A stretch of 64,000 nucleotides of DNA, taken from contig OZ245031.1 of the NCBI GenBank assembly GCA_965223975.1, positions 2,772,145 through 2,836,144 of the forward strand, read 5' to 3'. This document shows, in pieces, positions 46,023 through 55,893 of this stretch (position 1 is its first letter; every line of letters starts with the position of its first letter). Source of the DNA: Pseudomonadales bacterium. Lineage in GTDB: Bacteria > Pseudomonadota > Gammaproteobacteria > Pseudomonadales > JBECKS01. The notes under the pieces are model-generated. The model was not told the origin of the DNA. It did not search any database and saw only the letters and a list, made by a program, of their open reading frames with translations. The position numbers and the translations under genes are program-made.

Positions 46023-47423
46023 TTATTTTTGTACCCAAGTTCCGTGAAAGGTCGTACCTATGTTAACGGGTAAATGAATCGTAGCCAGTGGCCCTTGATC
46101 AAGGTCTTGAGCGTCAAGGATCACTAAGTCACTACACTGGGTTTGGCTATTATAAACATAGTTGAGTAGCCAGCCGTCATCTTCACCTGTGCTATTTGGT
46201 TTAGGTACGAATACGGGCTCTAGCGCTACAGCGTTTTCGCCAAAATCAAATATTTGTGTATCTCCATTATCACGATTGAGTTTCATAGTGGCTCTAAAAA
46301 ATCCACCTTCCCCTGTTTGAGTATTGGACGCCAAATAAGCCCACTTGGAAGGCTGGCATTCGTACTTAGGGTGTATACGTGGAAATTCCGCCGGTATGTC
46401 AGTCAGTGTATGTTTTTCGATTTGTTTGTTCTTTGTGTTGACGCGGATGCGTGACACGATGCCATCGCCGAATTCTTGCCAGTTAGATTTGCGATAGTTT
46501 TTAACACTGTTCATGACGTCCATATTGTCAACCGTACCAACATCGATGACCACGTCGTCTCCCTCATCCCAGGCACTTAGTACGTGGCCTATGGCGAAGC
46601 TTTCGGTTTCGAATATTTGAGCTCGACCACCGTCACGAGGTACTAGTACTATCTGCGTACCCCATTCTTGATGCCATTGCATAGTGTCGAAAAAAGAAGA
46701 AAAGCCAAAGATAAACTTAGTAAGGTTGCCAGCCAGTGGGCCGAGTAAAAATACCATCCACTTTGAGCTTAAGGCGTAGTCATGTGCGAAGGTGCCTTTT
46801 TTAGCGGGGAAGTAGGCCAGCATTTTTAAGTTCTGGTTTTGATCTAACTTGAAACACTGAAAGCCCATGCTTTTACCTGGCTTCATGCCAAAGTTATATA
46901 CCTCTTTGGTATTAGCGTCGTAGTGTGGATGCGCAGAAAACGCGACCTGTCGAGGTAGGGCTCCAGCAAAATGTTCTTCACCCTCGGTTGAGAGAGTAGT
47001 GGGATCCATTACCCAAGGGTGGCCGCCTTCTTCACAAGCCCACAGCTTATCGTTTTGATAAAACACATGGGTGTTAGCTTCATCAGCCGGAATTTTAAAA
47101 AAATTTTTAAAAATACCGCCGGGCAAGTTGGTGCCGGCTGTTCTTATTTTTGGTTTTTTTGATCCTAACTCTGTCGTGTATTTTTTTGTTTGGACAAATC
47201 GGCTTTTGTAGTGGACGTGACCGGTTTCTTCAATCGAAAGCGCGCGTATCATACCGTCGCCGTCGAAAAAGGATTTTGAGAAGGTGCGTTTGCCAGGCCC
47301 ATTACGATACAAGGTGCCGACCAAGCCTTCGGGTAGAGTACCGCTTATATCCTGTAACTCCAGATCCTCCTCTTGAAGGTCGTCAAAGATTCCGTTCCAG
47401 TTTTCTGGCGTGCGCATAGTCAT
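46023..47423 (-). CDS. Carotenoid cleavage oxygenase (RPE65 / apocarotenoid or stilbene dioxygenase family), copy 1
   Basis: 466 aa. Four conserved His contexts: FSAHPHYD, FAHDYALS, FAIGHVLSAW, TTFHGTW. Confidence 0.85.
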   Translation of the reverse strand: MTMRTPENWNGIFDDLQEEDLELQDISGTLPEGLVGTLYRNGPGKRTFSKSFFDGDGMIRALSIEETGHVHYKSRFVQTKKYTTELGSKKPKIRTAGTNLPGGIFKNFFKIPADEANTHVFYQNDKLWACEEGGHPWVMDPTTLSTEGEEHFAGALPRQVAFSAHPHYDANTKEVYNFGMKPGKSMGFQCFKLDQNQNLKMLAYFPAKKGTFAHDYALSSKWMVFLLGPLAGNLTKFIFGFSSFFDTMQWHQEWGTQIVLVPRDGGRAQIFETESFAIGHVLSAWDEGDDVVIDVGTVDNMDVMNSVKNYRKSNWQEFGDGIVSRIRVNTKNKQIEKHTLTDIPAEFPRIHPKYECQPSKWAYLASNTQTGEGGFFRATMKLNRDNGDTQIFDFGENAVALEPVFVPKPNSTGEDDGWLLNYVYNSQTQCSDLVILDAQDLDQGPLATIHLPVNIGTTFHGTWVQK

Positions 47424-47531
47424 GTGGTTTTTCCATTCTTATATTGAACGATTGTTCAAAATATCATGACACTCACAAGATATCTAGTACCCGCCTCAGG
47501 CAGAGCGCAAGATGAAAAAGTACACGATTGC

Positions 47532-48851
47532 TTAGTAATGAGGAGATAAAAGGTTTGGTCTAATATCGTAAAGACTTGAATCTAAGTCTCTGAAATCTAT
47601 ACCTTTTGGCACCAGAAAGGGTGCGCACCAATCGCTGGGAACAGCGCTTTGAGTCGGGCTGGCAAGCGAGTCTATAACTGCGCTCAATCCCGCGTCTGGT
47701 AAAATTGCGTTTGCCACTTGCCGCGCGGCTTCTTTTACTTGGCTGTCGCCTATTCTTCCAGTTTGGCCCCAGGCAATTACATAATCGTTACAGAAGCTAG
47801 AATTAGCAGAGTTTGTGTATGCGATCTCACGATCATGATTGAAGTGGTGCTTTGACATCAGCTCCTCAAACAAAACTGCCACGTCCTCGAAATAAAGCTG
47901 ACCATCATTACTAAAAAAAGCGTAGTCATCGCTAGCTCGATCACTAGCAAAGGCAGATCCGACGTTAGATGCGCTTAGACTCTTTTGGAAGCCGCTCGCT
48001 TTTTGGCCGCCGAACATGACCCTAGCTAAGCCTTTCATGGTATTCGAAGAGAGCGGACTATCGTTGTTCAGCTGAACCGCAATATTGTCGTTGATTACAG
48101 AATTTGCAGCATCGATGATATTGTCGTTTTGATCTAGTTTAGAATACGAGGATCTTGGAAAAAAAGTATGTGCGTGAGCGAGCTCATGGTAGAGCAAGCG
48201 ACCAAGGGGAAAGCTAAGATCGGCAAGTACTCGATCGTTGGTGAGTCGAGCCCATGAGCCATCCGCTCTTAAATAACGCCATAAGCTTGCGAATTGTAAT
48301 TCACCATCAAAGCCAGTTCTGAAATCCTGAGCGTTTGGGATAGTGGCTTTCTCCTGTTCGCTCAGCCAAAGGTATCTGGCGTCCAAATAAATAGCGCCTG
48401 TTTCGGTGGTATAAAACGAGGGACGAATTTCTCCGGATATCACTACAGCTGTCACAGAGCCCATTAGTTCCAGAATATCCGGTGATAAATTATCAAGCAC
48501 ATCTAAAAAGCGGTCTCCCATCCATTGATGTGATACCAGCATGCGCTTGGCAATGTCAGCACTCACGGGAGTGCTGGTTTCCATCGCCAGTAGGGGTAGT
48601 TTCTTAAGGCTGCATTGATTGCTTTTATTGTCGTAGAGTAGGGCGCAATCTAAGTTGGGGTGGGCATCTTTTCGGTAAGGGCGAACATCAAAACTGAGCT
48701 TGTTGTTATCGTCATCGTCGTGGTATTGGTCATATAAATAGGCAGCGCCTATCAAACCAAGATCGCAGCTAAGCGAGCTCAATGTTAGACAGGCTAGGAT
48801 TAAGGCTCTGATATTAAATGAAGATGTAGGTTGCCTTTTCGCTTTTCGCAT
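47532..48851 (-). CDS. Putative lipoprotein with an HExxH zinc-metalloprotease motif
   Basis: Signal peptide with lipobox LSSLSC. LLYHELAHAHTF (HELAH). 439 aa. Family not recognised. Confidence 0.6.
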   Translation of the reverse strand: MRKAKRQPTSSFNIRALILACLTLSSLSCDLGLIGAAYLYDQYHDDDDNNKLSFDVRPYRKDAHPNLDCALLYDNKSNQCSLKKLPLLAMETSTPVSADIAKRMLVSHQWMGDRFLDVLDNLSPDILELMGSVTAVVISGEIRPSFYTTETGAIYLDARYLWLSEQEKATIPNAQDFRTGFDGELQFASLWRYLRADGSWARLTNDRVLADLSFPLGRLLYHELAHAHTFFPRSSYSKLDQNDNIIDAANSVINDNIAVQLNNDSPLSSNTMKGLARVMFGGQKASGFQKSLSASNVGSAFASDRASDDYAFFSNDGQLYFEDVAVLFEELMSKHHFNHDREIAYTNSANSSFCNDYVIAWGQTGRIGDSQVKEAARQVANAILPDAGLSAVIDSLASPTQSAVPSDWCAPFLVPKGIDFRDLDSSLYDIRPNLLSPHY

Positions 48852-48868
48852 TTCTATCCGTAAGCGGG

Positions 48869-49627
48869 TTACAGTGTTGAGCAGAGGTGCCCCCCATCTA
48901 CAGAGATTACGCTTCCGCTCATATAGGAAGAGGCATCAGATACTAGGAGCAATAAGGGGCCGTTTAGTTCCTTAAGCTGGCCCATACGCTTATAAGGTAT
49001 CCGAGAGACTTGCTTTTGACCAGCGGGGCTTTCCATAAAGTCCCGGTTGATATCGGTTTCAAAATACCCAGGACATATGGCGTTACAGCGTATATTGTCT
49101 CTCGCGTAGTCTAGCGCAACTGATTTTGTGTAATGAATACAGGCAGCTTTGGAGGCGGCGTAGGGAGGTAGTTGGTTAGCCACTCTAAGCCCAACGATTG
49201 AGGCTATATTGATTATGTTGCCTGTTTGAGCACGTTCTTTCCAAAATTGAATGGCATGTTTGGTGTTTAGCCAAACTCCTTTTAGGTTAGTGTCTATGAC
49301 TTTATCCCACTCTTCCTCAGACAATGAGTGACTGGCGCCTAGGGTGTTGATCCCCGCGTTATTAATAAGGCAGTCTAAGCGGTCTATTTGAGAAAAGGCT
49401 CTTTGTACGCTGTCAGCATCGCTGACATCCATGGCTAGGGTTTGTGCGCTTGAGCCAATTTCGACGACCTTTGCAGCCGTTTCTTCTAACTTATCAGTGC
49501 GTCTCGCCGCTAAGATCACATGAGCTCCTTCTTGGGCGAGAACTTCGGCAAAATGAGCACCAAATCCGCTAGATGCACCGGTGATTAATACTGACTTGCC
49601 TTGCAGGTTAAAAATGGGGTTTTGCAT
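48869..49627 (-). CDS. Short-chain dehydrogenase/reductase
   Basis: TGASSGFGAHFA cofactor motif and YAASKAA catalytic motif. Confidence 0.9.
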   Translation of the reverse strand: MQNPIFNLQGKSVLITGASSGFGAHFAEVLAQEGAHVILAARRTDKLEETAAKVVEIGSSAQTLAMDVSDADSVQRAFSQIDRLDCLINNAGINTLGASHSLSEEEWDKVIDTNLKGVWLNTKHAIQFWKERAQTGNIINIASIVGLRVANQLPPYAASKAACIHYTKSVALDYARDNIRCNAICPGYFETDINRDFMESPAGQKQVSRIPYKRMGQLKELNGPLLLLVSDASSYMSGSVISVDGGHLCSTL

Positions 49628-49992
49628 AATATTTCTCTATTCGATTCGCTGTAATACGGAGCAGGCTGATAATAGCAGTGAACAAGTCAGCCCCCAAGGC
49701 GCTAGCCTGACATAGCGCCAATGAGTCGTTAAGCTTGGATTAATATCAATTGGAGGAGTATCGAGGCGCTTCTGAAGTTAGCTCGACATTTTTTTGCTGG
49801 GCAAAGTAATTACCACGCTGGGTTTGATGGCTAGACATTAAACCGATTTATATTCGGTTATATAATCTTTTTAATGGATCTCAATTGGCCCTTCGCTTGG
49901 AATAGCATGATTTTTAGGTTAGCTTGTTCATTGATTAAAAACATCGATTTAGCCCTAGATAGCCTGAGAGCTAGTTTAGAGAAAGGGATCAA

Positions 49993-51117
49993 ATGACAGA
50001 TACTTCAAGCCCAGCGAATTCTGATTCTGAGGTCACACAGTGCTCAAATTCTGACGCTCATATAGCTGCTGCTAATTCGTCGGCGAAAAAAGGAATCCCT
50101 AGTTGGCTTAAAACGACACTGGCAATCGTCATGAGTGCGGCTATTTTGTTTTACTACTTTAAAGATGTAGATTGGCGAAAATTTGTCGACACGTTAATGG
50201 CAGCTAATCTTTGGATGGCTTTCTTCGCAGTTTTACTTCCTCAATTAGTGATGTGGTTGTTTGGTGTTTATCAAAATGACCGTACTTTCACATGGTTTCA
50301 TAAGCCCTTCGCTTGGATTGAGTACACATGGGTAAAGGGCGCCCTGTATTTAATTATGATGATTAATACTGGTTTGGGTGGTGCCGGAAATGCGATTTAT
50401 CTTCAGCAAAAGACTCAAATTACCTGGACCAAAATAATCGCTATGTTTTTCTTTCGGGGCAGTGTCCAGTTAGCCGCGGTTGGCTTGTGTTTGATTCCAC
50501 TCACTATAGGCATGCATCTAGTCGGTGTGTTCGAAAAGACACCTATCAATCCGGTGATTTGGTGGTCCTTACTGATTGGAGGGCAGTTACTATTTTGGGA
50601 TGGTTGGTTTTATTTTTTACATAATAAGCCGATAGGGCTTTCTAGGTTTTGGTTTCAGAATGATGAAGCAAATACCTCAAATACTTTGTCGAATATCCGA
50701 AATAAGTATCACCCTTTTTGGCAAACCTACAGAACCGCTGAAAAACGACAATGGCTATGGATGATGGTGTGGGCGCCCGTGGTACCTCTTTCAGTTATTG
50801 TTGGCTACTGGTTTTTGATTAAAGCCTTTAATGTCGAAATACCTATGATGCTATTTGTTGTAACGATTCTTTTGGTCGCGTTATTACAAGATATTCCGAT
50901 CGCTTTTGCTGGTTTCGGATCAACAACCGTTGCTTGGACCATGTTCTATGGAGATTATATGTCTTTAGAAACTATAGCAGGGTTAACTTTGGTGTTACCC
51001 CTGCTGCGTTTGATGGTGCGTGCGGCAATTGGAGTGATTTCGATAAGGCCAGCGATTAGTGATATTTCCGCCATTATCGCCGAATACCAAAAGGGTAATC
51101 GACGTTTGGGCGGATAG
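49993..51117 (+). CDS. Polytopic membrane protein (possibly UPF0104 / LPG-synthase-TM-like)
   Basis: 374 aa with about 8 TM segments. The N-terminal pattern KKGIPSWLKTTLAIVMSAAILFYYFKDVDWRKF recalls the UPF0104 family. Weak call. Confidence 0.55.
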   Translation: MTDTSSPANSDSEVTQCSNSDAHIAAANSSAKKGIPSWLKTTLAIVMSAAILFYYFKDVDWRKFVDTLMAANLWMAFFAVLLPQLVMWLFGVYQNDRTFTWFHKPFAWIEYTWVKGALYLIMMINTGLGGAGNAIYLQQKTQITWTKIIAMFFFRGSVQLAAVGLCLIPLTIGMHLVGVFEKTPINPVIWWSLLIGGQLLFWDGWFYFLHNKPIGLSRFWFQNDEANTSNTLSNIRNKYHPFWQTYRTAEKRQWLWMMVWAPVVPLSVIVGYWFLIKAFNVEIPMMLFVVTILLVALLQDIPIAFAGFGSTTVAWTMFYGDYMSLETIAGLTLVLPLLRLMVRAAIGVISIRPAISDISAIIAEYQKGNRRLGG

Positions 51118-51126
51118 AGTAAGGTT

Positions 51127-51894
51127 TTATTTCCAAACCGGATCGCGTTTCTCGATAAACGAGCGAATGCCTTCTAGTGCATTTTCGCCACCAAATAGCT
51201 TGAGAAACTCTTCTCTCTCTAAAGGAAGCGCGTCAATTAGATTTCCTTTGCGATGAGCTTGGATTAATTGCTTACAAGCTTTGATAGAGTCAGGGCTTTG
51301 GCGCAGTGCCCCTTGTGCTAGAGTTTGAGCTGCACTTAAAGCTTCCTGTTTGCCGACAACTTGCTCTACCAAACCTATTTGTTCGGCTTTTTGTGCGGTG
51401 ATTTGTTCACCACCCAGTATCATTCTCTTGGCCCAAGCTTCGCCGACTAGAAGGGAGAGGTTTTGAGTGCCACCGGCGCAAGGCAGTAAACCAATTTTAG
51501 CTTCAGGTAGAGCCAATATTGCTTGCTCTTCTGCAATTCGTGTATCGCAAGCGAGCGCGACTTCTAGCCCGCCGCCCATGGCGTAGCCATTAATTGCAGC
51601 AATGGAAAATCCTTTATACCAAGATAAAGCTTCAAAGCCTTCACCGAATGCTTGTGCCATAAGTTGTGGGGCAATTTCGCTCGCTTGGAAGGACTTTAGG
51701 TCAGCACCCGCAGAAAAGAATTTTTCGCCTTCGCCAGTTACGATCAAAGCAACGTTTTCAGGATCATTATTTAAGTCAGAAACTAAATCACGTATTCCTA
51801 ATAGGCTTTCCCTGGTCCAGGTATTCGCAGGTGGGTTGCTCATAGTGATGGTTGCGATTGCTCCATCTTTACTGAGTTTAAGTGCGTCAGTCAT
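51127..51894 (-). CDS. Enoyl-CoA hydratase (crotonase family)
   Basis: FFSAGADLK and NGYAMGGGLEVALACD. Confidence 0.9.
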   Translation of the reverse strand: MTDALKLSKDGAIATITMSNPPANTWTRESLLGIRDLVSDLNNDPENVALIVTGEGEKFFSAGADLKSFQASEIAPQLMAQAFGEGFEALSWYKGFSIAAINGYAMGGGLEVALACDTRIAEEQAILALPEAKIGLLPCAGGTQNLSLLVGEAWAKRMILGGEQITAQKAEQIGLVEQVVGKQEALSAAQTLAQGALRQSPDSIKACKQLIQAHRKGNLIDALPLEREEFLKLFGGENALEGIRSFIEKRDPVWK

Positions 51895-51914
51895 AGTGTT
51901 TCCTTGGGTCGCTG

Positions 51915-52484
51915 TTAGTTGATTGTGGTATTCGCTTCTTTACCAAGGGAGACTAATGTAAGCCCTTGGCTGTCATTATTAAAGTGGTGAACCGATGCGT
52001 TGTCTGGGTGATAGCAAATAACTCGTTCGTCGTTTCTGCAATGGCCTATGAGCACATTGATGGCGATGTAATGGCTAAAGATAAGGGTGTCTTGTTCTAG
52101 CGAGCTTACGTAATTAATACAGTCTTCGCGCCATTGATTGAGCAGGGAGCTTAGATTTGGCCAAGAGTCTTTCATTATAGACATTAACCAGGGCATGCGC
52201 TCTTGAAGGTCGTCGATAGGGCTGGGTATTTCTGCAACCCTAGGCTCAATGATGATTTCTTTTTGGCTTAGGGCTTGAAAAGCTTGAGCCGTTTCATGGG
52301 CACGCAGTATTGGGCTTGATACGCACTGTATGCTATCCAGTTGATTACGTTCGTTTAGTAAAGAAATCATCTTTGATGCGCTTGCTTGAGCTTGCTGTTG
52401 TCCGAGCTCGCTAAGGGGTGGGTCTAGATCTTGGTCCCAGCTCGATGCCGCTTGGCCATGCCTGACGATGTAGATATTTGCCAT
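51915..52484 (-). CDS. Histidine phosphatase (phosphoglycerate mutase superfamily)
   Basis: The N-terminal IYIVRHGQA (RHG motif) and a later ...SHY... histidine. Confidence 0.8.
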   Translation of the reverse strand: MANIYIVRHGQAASSWDQDLDPPLSELGQQQAQASASKMISLLNERNQLDSIQCVSSPILRAHETAQAFQALSQKEIIIEPRVAEIPSPIDDLQERMPWLMSIMKDSWPNLSSLLNQWREDCINYVSSLEQDTLIFSHYIAINVLIGHCRNDERVICYHPDNASVHHFNNDSQGLTLVSLGKEANTTIN

Positions 52485-52606
52485 ATTGAAATTATGTCTG
52501 GAAACTAGGAGAAGTATTGCCTATTTTTTGATCGAATATTTAGGGTAGGGATGATAACATTTTCGCCGACTTTTACCGCCTATTGTGCATTCATTTTATT
52601 AAATAG

Positions 52607-53788
52607 ATGAAACTTATAAGCAAGCTCAGTATTCCAGTTTTTCCTGAAGAAAAAGAAAAGCGTTTTCAGGAGACTTACGCTCGTGAGAATCTAGTACCAG
52701 CGCGCATTATTCAAAGCCAAATTGGTTTGATTTTCTTTTTAGCGGGCTATCTCGACCTTGTGTTGCTAGGAGAACTTGCGACGCTTATGGTGTTTTTGCG
52801 CTACGCGGTGTTCGGTCCAATGATTATCGCGCTAATCGTTTTTACCTTCACTCCCTGGTTTGTTTCCAGAATGCAGGGCACTTTTTGCGCTGGCGTGACG
52901 GTAGTAAGTTGCTATGTCGCGTTATTTGCATTTTTGAACGAGGGCATGATCGCTATGCTCTATTTTAGCGGAGCCATTCTGGCGGTGTTTGTTAGCTTTA
53001 TTTACGTACCCATGTTTTTTAGATATGCACTTGGTATGAGCGTAGTGTTTTTGGTTTTGTGCTTATCTGGATTGATCTTCAATGAGTCTTTACCGTTCGA
53101 AATTGTACAGGCACTTGCCATCTTATTGATCGGTTCAACAGCTTTGGCTTTGGTCGCTTGCTATACCAATGAGCGCCATGCTCGCTTGGGTTTCCACTAT
53201 AGGGAGCTCCTTAATAGGGAGAAGCACTCGTTAGAAGAAGATAACGTTCAATTGAAAAACCTTGCTAATCACGATGGTCTAACTGGAATTGCTAATAGGC
53301 GAGCATTTGATGAGCGTTTAAATGAAGAGTGGCAGCGGGCGGGGCGAAGTGAATCAGAATTAGCTATTTTGCTAATGGATGTGGATTACTTCAAACCCTT
53401 TAACGATTTTTATGGTCATCAAATTGGAGATGTATGTTTGACCCGAATAGCTGAAGCCTTGGATAAAACGGTAGGTAGAGTAGGTGACTTTGTGGCTCGC
53501 TACGGTGGCGAGGAATTTGTCATTATTCTTCCTAACGCAGATTTAAATCAGGCTGTAGAGTTTGCTGATAAGGTACGAGAGGCAGTTACGGCTCTAGAAA
53601 TCCCCCATGAAAAATCGAATGCGTCTCCTTATGTGAGTTTGAGCATCGGTGTGGCAAGTACTGTGCCGGGTAAACATGATTACGACGAAGCAGAGTTTCT
53701 ACTTCGTGATGCGGATCGAGCTTTGTACCAAGCTAAAAATGATGGACGTAATCGTTCGGTGGGTTTTAGATTGAGTTTGGATAAATAA
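52607..53788 (+). CDS. Membrane-bound diguanylate cyclase (GGDEF)
   Basis: About 5-6 N-terminal TM helices, then DGLTGIANRRAFDE and RYGGEEFVIILP. Confidence 0.9.
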   Translation: MKLISKLSIPVFPEEKEKRFQETYARENLVPARIIQSQIGLIFFLAGYLDLVLLGELATLMVFLRYAVFGPMIIALIVFTFTPWFVSRMQGTFCAGVTVVSCYVALFAFLNEGMIAMLYFSGAILAVFVSFIYVPMFFRYALGMSVVFLVLCLSGLIFNESLPFEIVQALAILLIGSTALALVACYTNERHARLGFHYRELLNREKHSLEEDNVQLKNLANHDGLTGIANRRAFDERLNEEWQRAGRSESELAILLMDVDYFKPFNDFYGHQIGDVCLTRIAEALDKTVGRVGDFVARYGGEEFVIILPNADLNQAVEFADKVREAVTALEIPHEKSNASPYVSLSIGVASTVPGKHDYDEAEFLLRDADRALYQAKNDGRNRSVGFRLSLDK

Positions 53789-53811
53789 GCGGAAGCAAAG
53801 GGAGGTTTGAA

Positions 53812-54528
53812 TTGAACATTGCAACACCTGTGCCAGCCGCGACTTTGCTTTTACTGAAAGACACTGAAAATGGCCCCCAGGCATTTATGCAGCAAAGGAG
53901 TTATGACGCCTCCTTTGTTGGCGGAGCTTATGTATTTCCTGGTGGTAAGTTGGATTTCGAAGATAAGGATTTTCCTGACGAATATTTGTGTTTGCCTGCT
54001 CAAAATGAACAGCGGTTTTTGTTCCAGAAACCGATGGCCAAAGCGAATGCGGTAGCGGCTTTGCGCGAGTGTTTTGAGGAAGCAGGTGTTTTGCTCGCTT
54101 ATGACCAAGATCAAAAGTTGTTGAATCTAAATGATATAGAGCTTGCCAAAAAATATGAGCAACTTAGGGGTGAATTGAACGCCGGCAAGCTGAGCTTTGT
54201 TGATCTATGCAGAACGCAGCAAATCAAACTAGCTTTTGATCAGTTGGTGTTTTTTGGTCACTGGGTCACCCCAGAAAGTTCCTCTCAACGTTTCGATACC
54301 TTGTTTTTTGCCTGCGCCATGCCAGAGAACCAATCAGGTAGTCATGATGACTACGAATCAATAGAAAGCGTTTGGTGGGTTGCTGACGAAGCCTTGAGTA
54401 AGAATGATCAGGGGGAAATCCAGCTAATTACTCCAACGCGAAGATCCTTGGAGCATTTAAGTACTTTTGCTAGTTCTGATGATTTTTTAAGTCACCATAG
54501 GCAAGGTTTGAGCGTATTAGGCCGATAG
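53812..54528 (+). CDS. NUDIX hydrolase
   Basis: Nudix box ending ALRECFEEAGVLL. TTG start preceded by GGAGG. Confidence 0.8.
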   Translation: MNIATPVPAATLLLLKDTENGPQAFMQQRSYDASFVGGAYVFPGGKLDFEDKDFPDEYLCLPAQNEQRFLFQKPMAKANAVAALRECFEEAGVLLAYDQDQKLLNLNDIELAKKYEQLRGELNAGKLSFVDLCRTQQIKLAFDQLVFFGHWVTPESSSQRFDTLFFACAMPENQSGSHDDYESIESVWWVADEALSKNDQGEIQLITPTRRSLEHLSTFASSDDFLSHHRQGLSVLGR

Positions 54529-54661
54529 TTGTGATTTGGTTGTGCTCTTCCCGGATTTGCCTTGAGCGCTGATAGATCCGCGCCTATAGTTTATAGCTGA
54601 GCATTTAACATACAAAAAAACCAAAAATAAAATATCCCACAAATAAAAACTGGAGCATGAT

Positions 54662-55885
54662 ATGGATTTTTCTTTTCCACCTGAGATTGAGGCGATTCGA
54701 GAGAAAGTACGTAAGTTTTGTGACGAGGTGGTGATCCCATCAGAGCAAATTATTAAAGAAGCTGGAGAAGAAAATAGAAAGGTACTTATCGAGCAAATTA
54801 TTGAAATGCGCAAAGCCGCACAGGAGTGGGGTTTATGGTTGCCACACATGCCAGAGTCAGAAGGGGGTATGGGTATTGGCCATTTAGCTTTGGCCGCGGT
54901 TCAGGCCGAAGCCTCTCGTACACGCTTTGGTACCTTTGCGATGAATTGCCAAGCGCCTGATGAGGGTAATATGCATACCATTGAAAAGTGGGGTACGGAC
55001 GAGCAAAAGGAAAAATATCTCAAGCCTCTATGCAAAGGAGTCGCGCGCTCTTGCTTTGCGATGACCGAGCCTGAAGTAGCCGGTTCGGACCCTACGCTTA
55101 TTCAAACCAAAGCGGTGCTTGAGGGAGATGAGTGGGTTATCAACGGCCACAAATGGTTTATATCAGGAGCACGAGGAGCTCAGTTTGCGATCTTAATCGC
55201 GCGTACAGAAGATGAGCCGGAGATTCCACAAGCTGCGAACTCGGCATTTATCGTAGAGCTGCCTGCAGAAGGCTGGACCATTATTCGAGACGTGGAAACT
55301 ATGTCGGGCAGTCATAATCATTGTGAAATAGAAATTAAAGATCTGCGAGTACCTAAGGATGCAATGTTGGGTGGTCGCGGAGAAGGGCATCTCTTAGGTC
55401 AAAGCCGTTTGGGTCCAGCCCGTTTAGCCCACTGTATGCGCTGGGTAGGGCAAATGGAATTGGCGCTTAATATGATGATTGATCGAGCTACCAAGCGTTA
55501 CTCACACGGTTCTTTGTTGTCGGAGAAACAGGGTATTCAATGGAAGATCGCAGATTCCACCATGGAACTTTATCAAAGTAAGTTAATGGTGTTGCACGCC
55601 GCTTATCGTATTGATGCTGGCCTAGACTTTAAAAGCGAAGTATCAATGGCGAAACATTTTATCGCTCAGTCTTTGGGACGTGTAATCGATAGGGCCATTC
55701 AAGTTCATGGAGCTTTGGGTTATTCAACCGACACGGTTTTATCCGGAATGGCGACCCAGGCTCGTTGGGCGCGTTTTGCTGATGGTGCTGATGAGATTCA
55801 CCAATGGCGAATCGCTGAGCGGGCAATTAAAGCTTATAACGAAACCGGCAGCGTTAAGTCTGCCGCTGGCGATTTGCCTTTGTAA
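54662..55885 (+). CDS. Acyl-CoA dehydrogenase
   Basis: 407 aa. CFAMTEPEVAGSDPT and the C-terminal ACAD pattern IQVHGALGYS. Confidence 0.9.
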   Translation: MDFSFPPEIEAIREKVRKFCDEVVIPSEQIIKEAGEENRKVLIEQIIEMRKAAQEWGLWLPHMPESEGGMGIGHLALAAVQAEASRTRFGTFAMNCQAPDEGNMHTIEKWGTDEQKEKYLKPLCKGVARSCFAMTEPEVAGSDPTLIQTKAVLEGDEWVINGHKWFISGARGAQFAILIARTEDEPEIPQAANSAFIVELPAEGWTIIRDVETMSGSHNHCEIEIKDLRVPKDAMLGGRGEGHLLGQSRLGPARLAHCMRWVGQMELALNMMIDRATKRYSHGSLLSEKQGIQWKIADSTMELYQSKLMVLHAAYRIDAGLDFKSEVSMAKHFIAQSLGRVIDRAIQVHGALGYSTDTVLSGMATQARWARFADGADEIHQWRIAERAIKAYNETGSVKSAAGDLPL

Positions 55886-55893
55886 CTTACAGT

